A DNA stretch of 64,000 nucleotides from the NCBI GenBank assembly GCA_051362555.1, contig CM120645.1, positions 12,524,001 through 12,588,000 on the forward strand. The letters are read 5' to 3'. Origin of the DNA: Lingula anatina (Eukaryota > Animalia > Brachiopoda). This document shows, in pieces, positions 12,201-20,902 of this stretch (positions are counted from its first letter, which is position 1; each line of letters opens with the position of its first letter). A program made the position numbers and the translations under genes. The notes below the pieces were generated by a model, which worked only from the letters and a program-made list of their open reading frames with translations, searched no databases and was not told the DNA's origin.

Positions 12201-15200
12201 GTAAATTGAATCCCACAAGTGTGTTTGTAGAATCCCTACCGGTTCTAGGGACGGCTGATTTTACACGAGTAATTTCAGGTAATCCCACCAGTAGATCGGT
12301 AGTCATTGTCTCATCAGTGGTACTGACAACACGAGCGCTGGATTGGTCAATTTTAGTAGACCCCCCTCCCACTCGATGTAAACCGAAGTGCGAAACAGGG
12401 TTTTCTAAAATTTCCGAAACTTCGCAAGCCGTAGCGACCACATGACCCCTTTTTAATTTTTTAAATTGATCTGATGGATTTAAGAGGCACACGACTGGTT
12501 TTGATTTTTCGGACAAGACAGTTCTCGGTATTAGTAGTCCCTCTTCTTCTTTACCCTCGACGACGTATTTTTCTAACTTTTCGTCGATCTCGCACGTTAT
12601 CCTTAGTGCTGAATTTGGGGGTACTACTACATTTCGTGAAACGCTAACCCGAGCTATTTTAATGTCTTGTGCACGCGACTCCGTTTGCTGCATAGGTATG
12701 TCGCGCCCTTCTATTTGGATGTAACCCAAATTACAATGCACGCTCGCATTAAACTGGGCAATTAGATCGTGGCCTAACAAAAAATCGTCATGTATCGGCG
12801 CTACTAGAACAGATTCCTTGATTTTGAAACGATCTAGTTCGATGGAAATTGGCTCGCAAACACGAGTTTCGATTTGTGTATTCCCTGCCGCAAGAGTAAG
12901 ACTGTAATATTTCTTGAGCGACGGTTTATTTTTTATTTGCTCGAATATTTTTTCAGCCATGACAGAAACTTGCGCACCGGTGTCAACTTTGGCCATTACA
13001 TGTACACCCGCCACTACCAAAGGAACGAATGAAGATCGAAAAACCCCAAGTTCATCAATTACAGGATTTTGACCACATTCTAACTCGGAATGATGAGGAC
13101 GATGCAATGTTTCCATTACGGGGATAGTATTGTCAACGGTTCGTGTTTGAGACAATGAAGTCACGATGGTTTCACCCGTTTTGTGACCGGTTTCAGTCGG
13201 GTTTCCAAGGTTACGGTCATTTCCCTTGGACCCTTCTAGTTTAAATGAGTTGGATTCGTTATATCAGCCCGTGCTTGTTGTTTTTCAGCATTTTTTCTTT
13301 GTAAGAATTTTTTATATTTTAGGCAATTTCGTTTAAAATGGCCCTTTCCTTTACAGAAAAAACACACAGGTGTTGTTTTAGGTGTGAATTTCCGGACCAA
13401 GCGTTCAACCATAGATTCCAACTCTGCCATTGAATTAAACTGAATTGTATTCAATTTAGGTGACTGGCTAACGCGTTTTTCCACGATGAATTCAACAAGT
13501 TGTTCTACATTTTCAGTTGGAAATTGCCGATTTTCATCAGCTGTTAAATTTAGAGAACTAATTTGTAATTCATCACGATTTTTTCGTGTTGGTTTTTGAA
13601 TATGTGATGATTTGTAGACTTGCTGATAATCCACCATGTAGGTCATTGCCTCGCTGATGCTTGCTGGGTGTTTTAAACGAGTATAACGCCCGGCATCCTG
13701 ATCAATACAGCCCTGACAAAATTTGGATATTGTTTCTTTTGTTCTAAAGGATTCTGATTCATCAGGATAAGCGTCTTTGGCCAATAACAAAACACGGCAC
13801 AGCCATTTATTCAAGGTTTCGTTGGGAGATTGAACTGCTGTATGAAATGCCAAACGAGCTGAATCGGGATGTTTTTTAATTCCGAATACTGAATCCATTT
13901 CACTCATTAAGGCTGAATACGTCATGTTTTTATTTGCTCTGAGATTGGTGTTATACAAAGCCAAAGCCTCGCCTTCCAGACTCCATAAAAGGTAATCTAG
14001 ACACTCATTTTCCGACCACTCTTTCACTTGGCGATAACTGTCAAATCTGTTTTTAAAAGACTCCCAGTTTTCACAATTTCCGTCAAAAGACAATTTTTTG
14101 GGTAAATCACTGGGGTCCCCTCTGTCCTTTTTATTTTTAGGACGTACTGTTTTTGGTACTCTAAAATATTCATTTTCACTTTCATCGCTTTCGGGAAGAA
14201 GTGGTTCGTCGCGGAAAACGGGAGACGAAATTCTATGGCGTGTATGATGTTTCTCTATTGAACTCGGCCGGTAATCATGTTTACGTTCGACTGTATCAGC
14301 AACATTATGCTCAACGTTAAGTTGCCGCCGTCCGGGCGTAGGAACATGAATCTGTGGCAGATCATAATTCGAAACAACCCGATGGACAGACGGAGCTGGT
14401 CGCCGACTACTTTCCCTACCAGTCGGTAAAGAAGTAACAGTCTCGGAATTTATGACACGGCCTGGAGGCTTTACATGCGCGGAAGAAGTTGTATGATCTT
14501 TGTTATCGACACGCAGCCTCTCAATAGGCAGAGCAAAAAGATCGTATTCAGGGTCTAAAGTGGCTGGCTGTGAAGTGAAAGTTCTGGGGTCCAAAGCTGA
14601 GTGAGAACGTAATTTTGTTTTTGGTTTGATAAATTGCTGCTCAGTTGTTGATTTTGAACGAGCTTTTAATTTTAAATATGTTGGTGGAGAATAAGTTGCA
14701 GCTTTTTGAATGTTTTTACTGCGTGCAATTTTTTCTTGTTGATTAATTTCCTCACCCACTTTGAGAATTCTTTCAAATTCTGCCCTATAGCTTTCAGCAG
14801 CCGCTCTTCCTTCATTATGAATGTAGGAAGTCACTTTAGAAGTTTTCATTTTGGGTTTTTGACTTTTTTCGGTGGATAATATACTAGAATCGAGGTCACC
14901 CACGTCGACTTCAGATTCGAATTCACTTCTGTGAGTACTGCCAAAAGAGAGATTTTCAATTACATTTGATCCAAGATTGGATCCACAAATCTCCAAAATG
15001 TTGGATCTGGTCACGGGGATCCCATGTTCTCTAGCATATATTATCCTTTCTGCACGTTTAGGACCTATACCTGGCAGCGTAACGAGCTCATCGTAAGTAG
15101 CACGATTGACTGGCAACCTTGATGCACTCGCCATTGTACATTTGAAAGCAAAAAATAAATTGATTCAAAATAATTTCACTTATCAAAGCACAATACACTA

Positions 15201-18200
15201 CCAAGCTTATAGTGAAATTCGCTATAAATAGATTCCCAAAACGTACAATGAGTTCAAATTTGGAAAACAAAGACTTTGGTACACAACGCAATAAATTGAA
15301 ATCAGACAGAAATTCTGTTCAGAATTCCGCCTAAAATACAAAAGAATAAATAACAACAACACAGAAGTCAGTATTTTATTCTTTAAATAAACTAAATAAA
15401 CAAAGAAACCAAAGTATTACGTGTGCACCTTAGTCTTGGAAAATTTCGGTAGAGATCGTAACAATGCACAGGATAATGAGACCAACGTCTCCTTTATATC
15501 ACCGACCTTTTCACGTAAGTACTGAAAAATAACGTAGATGTGCAGGAAAATCAGTGTCTCCTGATGCGGTGACCTTTACGATCCAAAATTGAAACAACAA
15601 TTTTGACCGCCGCTCCACCCAATTATTCAAATGGATGTTAGACAAAGGAATTTCCCGCGCAAACTACTTTCAGCTAGATCGCAGCGAAAACTAAGCTTTA
15701 GGCCCGCAAATATACAAGTTACGAATGCCTTGTCGCCAATAAAGTATTCACTGTGTCTACTTACTGAATTGGTGAGTGATCGCTGTCTATTGTTATGCTC
15801 TTTGATAGAATTGTAGATGGATCGTCAATCTAGACACGTCCGGTACGGAGTGCAGAATATTAGACAATGATCTGTGACAGTTGTGATGTCACAATAGTGA
15901 CGATCTCCTGCAGGGGGCGTGCTGTCCCCACCTGGCCTAGCTCACTCACCTGAGGTGGCCTATCTTGGCACATGAAGAGCAGACCAGGTGGAGGAAGGAA
16001 AAAACTCCGATCACAACACATTGTTCGTTATCAGAGTTAACAGATTCTTTGTGTGAATTTTTTTCAGAATCCCAAGAGTGGATGCCTTAGTGAGCACAGA
16101 ACAGATATCACCATTGGTCTACATATGTCAGGAAGAATGTTATAATTATGAACTTTGTGTTACACTGAACTTCATTTTGTTAAATTTTGTATTTAACTGA
16201 ACTTTTTTGTGTTAAAATAATAATAAAAAAATAATAGTTCTGATAAAAAACTACAATCTGGAACATTCTTTAGATCAACTTTGTTCAGTGTGTGTCCCAT
16301 ATGACAGAGTTACAGTAAATAAAATATGTGCATTATTCCTCTGTGTTTGTCAATTCCATTTTAAAAGCATGTGAAAGTGGTGTGCCCCTCATGAATGAAG
16401 TGTGTATGGATAATAGCAAAAATATTGTTATTATTTACATGATTATAAAAAGTTTTTGTACCCGCGTCAATAACGTTACCGTGACCCACATATTCACCAT
16501 TTTTATTAATTATGAAATGTGGATTAAATTCTTCAAAACCAGTTTTGAAGCATTGAGACAACACCCCCTTATGATTTAAACTAAAACTGAAAACATTCCA
16601 TTAGACTTTCATTAGTTTGTGCAAAATATATTACCCAGGGTAACGCGTCTTGGATTTGGTGGGTATAGCTGTTCAACTGTCCTGTGTGCCCTAAAAAGGG
16701 CAGCTGCTGTTTCCCTTTTTATGAAATGATAAACTGTGATGGTGTAGCTATCACATCGCAAAATTACAGCTTCCCAGAGAAAGTTTGAAATTTTCGGTCA
16801 AATTCAACATTTTGTAACCACTAGCAAAGAATGACAGAAATAGACTTGGTAGTCTAAATGTTGTGTGGTGTTGGCGTAAGACACGAAAGCTGAAAGTTTG
16901 AGCTTGTGCTTAGCATTTTTTTAAATTTGTTATACGCTATTTCTTGATGAAAATGTTGTTTGATAAAAAATGATAATCAACACCATGTGTTCAGGATGGA
17001 GTTACCTATTAGACTGACATATACTACTGTGAGTGGTACTAGTACTACTCACAGAACAATAATACAACAGATGAGAGTATTAGTAAATGGAGGAGGTTAG
17101 AGGAGATTATTCCACCATCATTTTTAGGTTCTAACATATTTCAATGAGATTTTTCCCCAGCATGAATTCTTAAAACAACATCAACATGACAAAGAGCTCA
17201 CGTGGAATGCACTGCTAGACTGTAGGTCTCTAAACACCATCTCCTTAGCAGTGCCGCTACCGTAGCAACAGTGCTCGGCCACATACTGCAACATGGCTTC
17301 ACGGGCCTGTTCCTCTGTTATCACAGGTACGCTGAAGTAAGAAAGAAAATACTGTACATACTGTGTTTGCTATCGGGGGTAGTGCTGGCAATTTTTTTTT
17401 TTTTTTTTGCTAACCCAAGTAACTACTATTTTGTCATTTTTTTTCCTCCAAATGGTCAATCCCATTTTTTAGCTGATTGAAGTTATCTTTAGCATTTGGC
17501 TAAATTGGCAAGTACCAGGTTCTGGTAATATGCAGTATCAATCTTTGAAGATTTTTTTCTATATTACGCATAGAAAAATAATATAAATTGTTGTGGTCCT
17601 GCCCAGACAAAGAGATAATACACTAAAAATAAATAATTAAATATATTTTTTTTTACAAATGACAGTAAATGCCTATATTCATTAACTGTATCACAAATGA
17701 CTACAAATACATGGATAAATAAAATTCCAAACGAAGCAGTTCTTAATTTTTATTTTTCTTAGAAATAATGATTGATGAAGAATTAATTTCACAGGAATTG
17801 CCCTCCACTTACTTCTGTATATCTCTCCTCTCAGGGGGTGGACCCTGTGCCACAGCATCTGCATATGCTGGCGGGGGAGCAGCAGCTGAGGAAAATCATC
17901 AAGACAAACTATATGGACAGCGTATACCAGTGCGAGTAGGCAGAAATAAACTCCAAAGCAGCACCATTTATGTTATTTGTCACTTAAAATAAAACAAGCT
18001 TATCATTTACTGAACTATAATGTTTCTTGCAAAAATTCCTTATAATATTATTAAAAATTGGCAATTATGAACATGTCGCAATCATAGCAGCCTCAAATGT
18101 AACATATCTTTCAGTTATTTAATATTTTATACCAAATGCCATGACAGGTACTGGTATGAGAGAAAAGTTTTTCAAGTACCTCCAGATTTTTAAAATCATT

Positions 18201-18825
18201 CCTTGGGATAATGCATGTCTACTGTATATTTACATTTTTTCATAATTACATAAATTTACAATAAGGTACTTATTTATCAAACAAATAAAGAATCACAACA
18301 GTTTTACAGTACTGGGTCACAAAGTCCTCAAAGCCAATCCTGTTTGAATACACGTCATTTCATATATATATATATATATATGGACCTTCCCATTCAGTTG
18401 AAATGACCTTGACCAGTTCAACATTGATCCAAGGGGGTGTGAACTAAGCAAATACCAGGACAATACTGATAATATACATATTATCTCAAGCCCATACACT
18501 GCCACCACCACTGAGCCCTTATCTTAAGATGCACTTGGGTATATCCACTTTGAAATACATGAACCCATTCAGATACTGTAACTTGAGAAGGGTCACAGTA
18601 ATCAATAGGTCACACACATACCAATAATATACATGTTAGAATGGTGAAAATATCAATCAACATTCCATTCAGTTATAAGGGCTAGTTTTACAAAAGGAAT
18701 GTAACCGTACCAGTACGTTTTGGGCCAAGTGTTCGTAAAACAAGCTAAGACCAATATGACAAAACCGATCTTACTAATTAAATGGGATGGCTATCTCATT
18801 CTGGTATTCAAAGTCTCAGTCTCAA

Positions 18826-18860
<35 letters not shown>

Positions 18861-20902
18861 AATTAAAAAAAAAACACTTTTTGTGAAACAGAACCCACCA
18901 AACACGTTTTAAACATTGTAATCTGGTCAAAAAATGTTCCAGTGTGTGTTCACACACCTGTAATCATTATGTAAGGACACCTGTCAACCTACCCGCATTA
19001 AATCCCACATTTTCATAGCCAGCAACATGGTCCATCTTCTCTAAGGGAGGAGCTGTAGCTGCTGCTGCTGTAGACAGATAATGAATTTTTATAGATTTAT
19101 TTTTTCAATAAAATATGGGAGCCAGACAATGCTTTATCATTAACAATTTATTCTTGGTTCTTTGTTTACTGTTAAAGCGCCACCCAAAACTAAACTTGGG
19201 TAAAAACAGTGAGAAATTTAACTGTTTTTGAACATATATCATTAATTGGATAAAAATCTTATTAATTCAAACAGCTAAACCACAAGAGTGAAGCATCACA
19301 AATATACAATGTTCCTGTATTGTTTTTCTAGTGCTTCAATGTAAGCAAGAATAATTTCATCTGCTATAACAATACATGTAAATGTACATCATTCAAAATT
19401 CAATATGGTGTTATTTACTTACAATCTATTAAAATTACTAATTAAAATAATAATTTAAGCAGGCAAGATATACTATATCAAGTGCTTTCTGTATTAGAGG
19501 ATATAGCATTACATAAAGCAAGTTTCCGTGATTACCCTGATCTGGTCCCTGCTGTCCTGGGGGTGCACCCCCTGGGGCTGCCAAAGAACCCTGGGGGTAT
19601 GGGGGTTGTGGCTGACCTGGACCATAGCCTTGGTGTCTGGAAAGAAAAGACAACATATTGTCATTTAAATTTACTGAGAAAACAAGCCTTTACTTTTTGA
19701 TCACATCTTATATATGTAAGGGTTCTCATGAAAGGAATTTAGTTCATTGGTCTTTGAACTAACAGCCCGAATTTTAATTAAGGGGTGGGATGGGGGGGGG
19801 ATAGAGGACGGGAAGTAAATTGAAAACATTCACCTATCACACCTAAAAAAAAAAAAAAAAGAAAAAAAAAACAATTGATTTTCTATGATGAAGATAAGTA
19901 ATTTTCTCATATGGAAAGCAAGAAATCATAGAGTAACTGCATCAATATTAATTCACCTATTCGTTTCATATATTCTGGCTTCTCAGCATGCCACATATAC
20001 AAACCCGGATGTAACATTCCCGCTAACTGCAGCACAGATATTTAAAGAATGTGAAGTTAGCTGGCAATCTAACACGATAAAAACTCTATGGTAAAAAAAA
20101 AAATGCCCACCCTGTATTTGAGTAACCTCCTGACGCAAGTGGGTTCAGCAGAGGCTGTCTTTCGCCAGACATCTCCTAATTTATGCTAAACTGTTTTGAA
20201 CGCCAAAAATGAATTTAAGAAAATCTGTTTCTGCTTCCTCTTTCCTCGCTGGTCTTGGTGCTCAGAAGGGAAAAATACCCGATACAGGTGCTTGCAGTAC
20301 ATGACGCAAGGTGGCACCCAAATAGCTAAGTTAATCATTAATCCAATATTTGAAAGAGGGTAGATTATCAATCGACTTTATATCGTCTACAGGTATCTGT
20401 CGCACGTGATCATGGCTTTTGACTATCTTTACTAGTAGAGTAATATAACACGTACGGTACATGTACTAGTGCATTGTCCTTCTGCAGTGGGCCAGTAGGT
20501 CAACCTGACCAAGACATATTAAAGAATATACATGTATACCTAACTATAGAGCTACATGTACATGTATACACAACCTACTGATATTATAAAAAAGTCAACC
20601 AATGGACAACCACTAAAATTGGCTAGATGTTATTTTAACAACCCAAAACCGAAACAGGAAGATCTGAGAAAATGGCAACTGCAGATATATAGCCTTATAG
20701 GCCTATATAAAAAATTGACTGTAGGATAAACTGAATTGCACAACATTTACCACCGACATTCTGCAGATATGACATACCGCACAAGAACCAAGCGTCAATT
20801 TAGCTGTTGCAGATATAAATACAAAATGACAGCACACATATACACACAAACACACGTCTCATATTAACTGTACACTTACTGCTGCTGCGCCATCATTGAC
20901 AT
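880..20902 (-). CDS. SSUH2: SSUH2 homolog (DnaJ-type CxxCxGxG zinc-finger repeats, C-terminal CaaX), 11 coding exons
   Basis: Phase-consistent GT-AG exons: 20902-20880, 19636-19536, 19067-18993, 17885-17813, 17331-17202, 3762-3702, 3423-3299, 3041-2979, 2638-2535, 2075-1983, 1642-1435, then terminal exon 1026-880 (12 segments if the short first exon is counted). Translation includes ITEEQAREAMLQYVAEHCCYGS, YTLETFTEKR, GPAPGPWDI, EVPHTASVKPCHDC, several CxxCHGxG, RHQVRIIPVTE and FFVYGFENKVWTSNYPQSCCCGCTIL*, typical of SSUH2. The first exon and start codon are the least certain part. Confidence 0.9.
3247..3295. repeat. (GA)n microsatellite; others at 2078-2105 (GA), 18825-18861 (TAAA), 25461-25502 (GT/GA), 59094-59130 (ATTT), 60868-60918 (CA)
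   Basis: Seen directly. Confidence 0.95.
5118..5396 (-). repeat. 3' LTR (279 bp)
   Basis: Direct repeat of 15740-16018; preceded on the minus strand by a polypurine tract. Confidence 0.95.
5397..5410 (-). promoter_or_regulatory. Polypurine tract (AAAAGTGGGGGGAA)
   Basis: Purine run directly abutting the 3' LTR on the minus strand. Confidence 0.9.
6177..8393 (-). CDS. Retrotransposon ORF3: low-complexity region, basic NLS-like patch, C2H2-like motif and C-terminal TatD-family nuclease domain
   Basis: TatD motifs in order: FDSHYHLD, AIGFHPR, FGEVGFD, VVHCRG, HFHCFTG, LLLESDAPYF. Also SKRKGKKRAPWWRRGKK and CVVPGC-x10-H-x4-H. The true N-terminus probably lies in the overlapping 8469 frame. Confidence 0.9.
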   Translation of the reverse strand: MSLEPSLSRIWPRLCLGKITAATSKHWWLGWLPFIKRSFVLPVGMPCLWHGCSKWPTNYNLVGLRLKTGLRRMFGAFPKNFTPPARVLKSAPSVEYDGQKTRDFRLGKDPNITLITQVVDGSGTVQPMEVESQLDEAELGVGSSNIDPNSSLDSIEEDRLLGVPREAKSSVKPPAAPETPMPGASLLQNTAIPFNFSISSSSGSHLPEAAAPTGIQVPVPGPVPSEPMGGSKRKGKKRAPWWRRGKKPGKGLVAAKSGVDGHVESVELSHPTTREPKRSSQTPSGVVGPDPKRARKDHSEMQCVVPGCGVKLNEQMLRQHSLGLHVPSIFDERANPEPNILGVMVKALEMLTFFIFGFKKELDTLYQFISALPDKLNLAHGTFSSIQITAMENFCKFLNKPVPVRFTLYPANSVGVLVDWRVLTQLSASITEQQRSLWIQGFTRPETCLEAGEQSKSGRQAFDSHYHLDRTLAAFGLPYSGKLEGLKGLLPVCSGKEVELVGTVAIYCDPKTYPTKGYLSTLSGIEYVAIGFHPRLAGKLSQGNLDQAIKAFSELVKMPLVTAFGEVGFDHTEAMSKWQDQVELLHRLLPFLEARHVLVVHCRGVRGDSGDCEFAIRSLLFHLKLCGVPQSQRIHFHCFTGTKPLLEIWGRQQPNTFFGFTRVAATFNKNQLAALRAVPDSKLLLESDAPYFARKKGGHSTPFILYETAEILAGHRGVDVSHILKITTQNGTSLYKRE
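8086..8469 (-). CDS. Probable real N-terminal segment of ORF3 (127-aa frame, 1 nt out of frame with the TatD ORF)
   Basis: ATG lies 2 nt after a consensus splice acceptor. Removing one A from the A6 run at 8155-8160 fuses it to the TatD frame (WRLPKNFTPPARV). Confidence 0.6.
   Translation of the reverse strand: MANTITEVAPVVKETSLRLQHCSPIDVPGTQFVQDLAQALPGEDHSSYFKTLVAGMATIYKKELRAPGRYAMSLAWLQQVAYQLQSSGLASKNWIEKNVWRLPKKFHPSCTSFEICSLRGVRWTKNS
8472..8500 (-). promoter_or_regulatory. Splice acceptor with branch-like CTAAT for a subgenomic ORF3 mRNA
   Basis: Minus strand ctaataattatttttcattgttattacag|atATG, immediately after the pol stop codon. Confidence 0.65.
8497..13245 (-). CDS. pol: Pol polyprotein (aspartic protease, RT, RNase H, integrase, C-terminal PHD finger), entered by predicted -1 frameshift
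   Basis: KVDTGA protease; RWCIDYRALN, MGFGLTNAPATF, AFLDD (RT); LDTDAS, TDHSSL (RNase H); H-x6-H...CDIC zinc finger, HIDF, SDQGRNF, NGQVERFN (integrase); YCIC...MIQCDYCHEWYHGSC...YKCVKC (PHD). The frame stays open from 13164 up to the slippery site at 13245. Confidence 0.95.
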   Translation of the reverse strand, partial: FKLEGSKGNDRNLGNPTETGHKTGETIVTSLSQTRTVDNTIPVMETLHRPHHSELECGQNPVIDELGVFRSSFVPLVVAGVHVMAKVDTGAQVSVMAEKIFEQIKNKPSLKKYYSLTLAAGNTQIETRVCEPISIELDRFKIKESVLVAPIHDDFLLGHDLIAQFNASVHCNLGYIQIEGRDIPMQQTESRAQDIKIARVSVSRNVVVPPNSALRITCEIDEKLEKYVVEGKEEEGLLIPRTVLSEKSKPVVCLLNPSDQFKKLKRGHVVATACEVSEILENPVSHFGLHRVGGGSTKIDQSSARVVSTTDETMTTDLLVGLPEITRVKSAVPRTGRDSTNTLVGFNLPVEHSIYTPRTSKIPRTGVYPNKTKLVGLNSTGVSGVNSPNFENIPKTSARFKNDIKSKQLLKVGGSTQGPLSAPSAGKGFVEEKINTEIFKSPVKGSPQVRNFKQIAGDVHAGQDSSGRVASKSSEIPDHVNVVYETSTRNLNKIQSKKLKNVLSEFQDVFARDEYDLGRFSAIEHGIDTGNAKPLKTRMRRTPACFIQEEEALLTKMLKAGVIQESTSEWASAPVLIRKRDGSVRWCIDYRALNNVTVKDTYPLPLMEDCKDTLSGNIWFSKLDANSAYWQVKIKPEDRHKTAFITKYGLFEHVRMGFGLTNAPATFSRVVNLLMKGLTWKTVLAFLDDILVMGKSFENHLENLKEALGRFRQFGIKLKPKKCVLFQKEVEFLGRIVSNNTMKMSPKDIEVVTSWPQPTCSKDVERFLGLANYHRTFIKNFAEISHPLNKIKGKHAFEWGPDQAQSFEALKTALTTPPVLSLPNANDPFILDTDASNHSIGAELIQVQNGEEKVIAYGSYALTPEQKNYCTTRKELLAIVRFTRQFRYYLLGRIFTVRTDHSSLTWLLRFKEPQGQLARWIEELSQFNMIVQHRAGAKHSNADSLSRIPDNLAPCNEYIAGIKPENLPCGGCSYCVRAHENWGSFFGDVDEAVNLTEKKKLSSKFTGKSTKSQRDLTSSLNTVNLGRETGPEHLFYSLLEKIVALSTDVALQPEESHVEINACGPEARSNPNPDIPQCWGFSMEKLKTEQAKDPELNILREWLYNGNTPEQGVLFRSSPISKTYWLNKELFKLHHGVIFKTEEESKDLKLVIPESLKNSVFKLHHDIPSAGHQGVARTKTKIKEKFYWPHMSKEIANYVMSCDICNKNKKKGCYGRVPLTEYVAGAPMERVHIDFLGPLPKTAKGNEHCLVMVDQFTKWVECVPLPSQTAEVTAKAAIDCFFSRFGYPYQLFSDQGRNFESQLFGDLCRALHIHKSRTTPYRPSANGQVERFNRTLMDAVRCFLGKNQGEWDKYVQQIAGALRASVNRSTGYTPNMLMLGREVSTPAQIMFPNLKSKETDYGEYISKLVQKMKLAHITARANLKTTSKRMKRDYDLKILLGPYAEKDLVYVLDTATTKGKSRKLCSPWKGPAIIVKKLSGYLYRVKLKNAIFVINHDRLMPCRDRNVPSWITEYLTSDEQFQHSSNSEEEDLTPYCICREPYQGRFMIQCDYCHEWYHGSCVNVTSTEAINIDKYKCVKCQI
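13183..13245 (-). promoter_or_regulatory. -1 ribosomal frameshift signal: U UUA AAC plus H-type pseudoknot
   Basis: Minus strand reads CAT TTA AAC TAG AAGGG TCCAAGG GAAA TGACCG TAA CCTTGGA AACCCGACTGAAAC CGGTCA. Stem 1 is TCCAAGG/CCTTGGA and stem 2 is TGACCG/CGGTCA. Pol is in the -1 frame relative to gag. Confidence 0.85.
13236..15134 (-). CDS. gag: Gag (632 aa) with N-terminal helix-hairpin-helix motif, capsid-like region and CCHC zinc knuckle
   Basis: N-terminus VNRATYDELVTLPGIGPKRAERII (ComEA-type HhH); FDGNCENWESF...WSENECLDYLLWSLEGEA capsid-like segment; CFFCKGKGHFKRNC knuckle. Confidence 0.92.
   Translation of the reverse strand: MASASRLPVNRATYDELVTLPGIGPKRAERIIYAREHGIPVTRSNILEICGSNLGSNVIENLSFGSTHRSEFESEVDVGDLDSSILSTEKSQKPKMKTSKVTSYIHNEGRAAAESYRAEFERILKVGEEINQQEKIARSKNIQKAATYSPPTYLKLKARSKSTTEQQFIKPKTKLRSHSALDPRTFTSQPATLDPEYDLFALPIERLRVDNKDHTTSSAHVKPPGRVINSETVTSLPTGRESSRRPAPSVHRVVSNYDLPQIHVPTPGRRQLNVEHNVADTVERKHDYRPSSIEKHHTRHRISSPVFRDEPLLPESDESENEYFRVPKTVRPKNKKDRGDPSDLPKKLSFDGNCENWESFKNRFDSYRQVKEWSENECLDYLLWSLEGEALALYNTNLRANKNMTYSALMSEMDSVFGIKKHPDSARLAFHTAVQSPNETLNKWLCRVLLLAKDAYPDESESFRTKETISKFCQGCIDQDAGRYTRLKHPASISEAMTYMVDYQQVYKSSHIQKPTRKNRDELQISSLNLTADENRQFPTENVEQLVEFIVEKRVSQSPKLNTIQFNSMAELESMVERLVRKFTPKTTPVCFFCKGKGHFKRNCLKYKKFLQRKNAEKQQARADITNPTHLN
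15721..15738 (-). promoter_or_regulatory. Primer-binding site TGGCGACAAGG..., likely for tRNA-Ser(GCU)
   Basis: Starts with TGG 1 nt after the 5' LTR. Its complement CCTTGTCGCCA resembles the 3' end CCTCGTCGCCA of metazoan tRNA-Ser(GCU) as I recall it, with one mismatch. Confidence 0.7.
15740..16018 (-). repeat. 5' LTR (279 bp; TGTTG...CTTTA)
   Basis: Direct repeat of 5118-5396 with no difference seen by eye; followed on the minus strand by the PBS. Confidence 0.95.

Larger units (their letters stand above)
5118..16018 (-). mobile_element. Full-length Ty3/Gypsy LTR retrotransposon, 10.9 kb, with an extra TatD-nuclease gene
   Basis: Two 279-bp LTRs, 4-bp TSD CATT (5114-5117 / 16019-16022), PBS, PPT, gag, pol in PR-RT-RH-IN order and a third ORF before the 3' LTR. 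Confidence 0.97.
3803..16837. mobile_element. Putative non-autonomous TIR DNA transposon (~2.1 kb of own sequence) that hosts the Gypsy insertion
   Basis: Perfect 19-bp inverted repeat gtcattctttgctagtggt (3805-3823) / accactagcaaagaatgac (16817-16835). It extends to 21 bp with one mismatch and is then flanked by AAAT on both sides (3799-3802, 16838-16841). No intact transposase seen; superfamily undetermined. Confidence 0.6.

Noticed and set aside
15721-15738. Idea that the neighbouring tRNA-Pro array supplies the Gypsy primer
   Set aside because: A tRNA-Pro PBS would read TGGGGGCTCG; the observed TGGCGACAAGG does not match.
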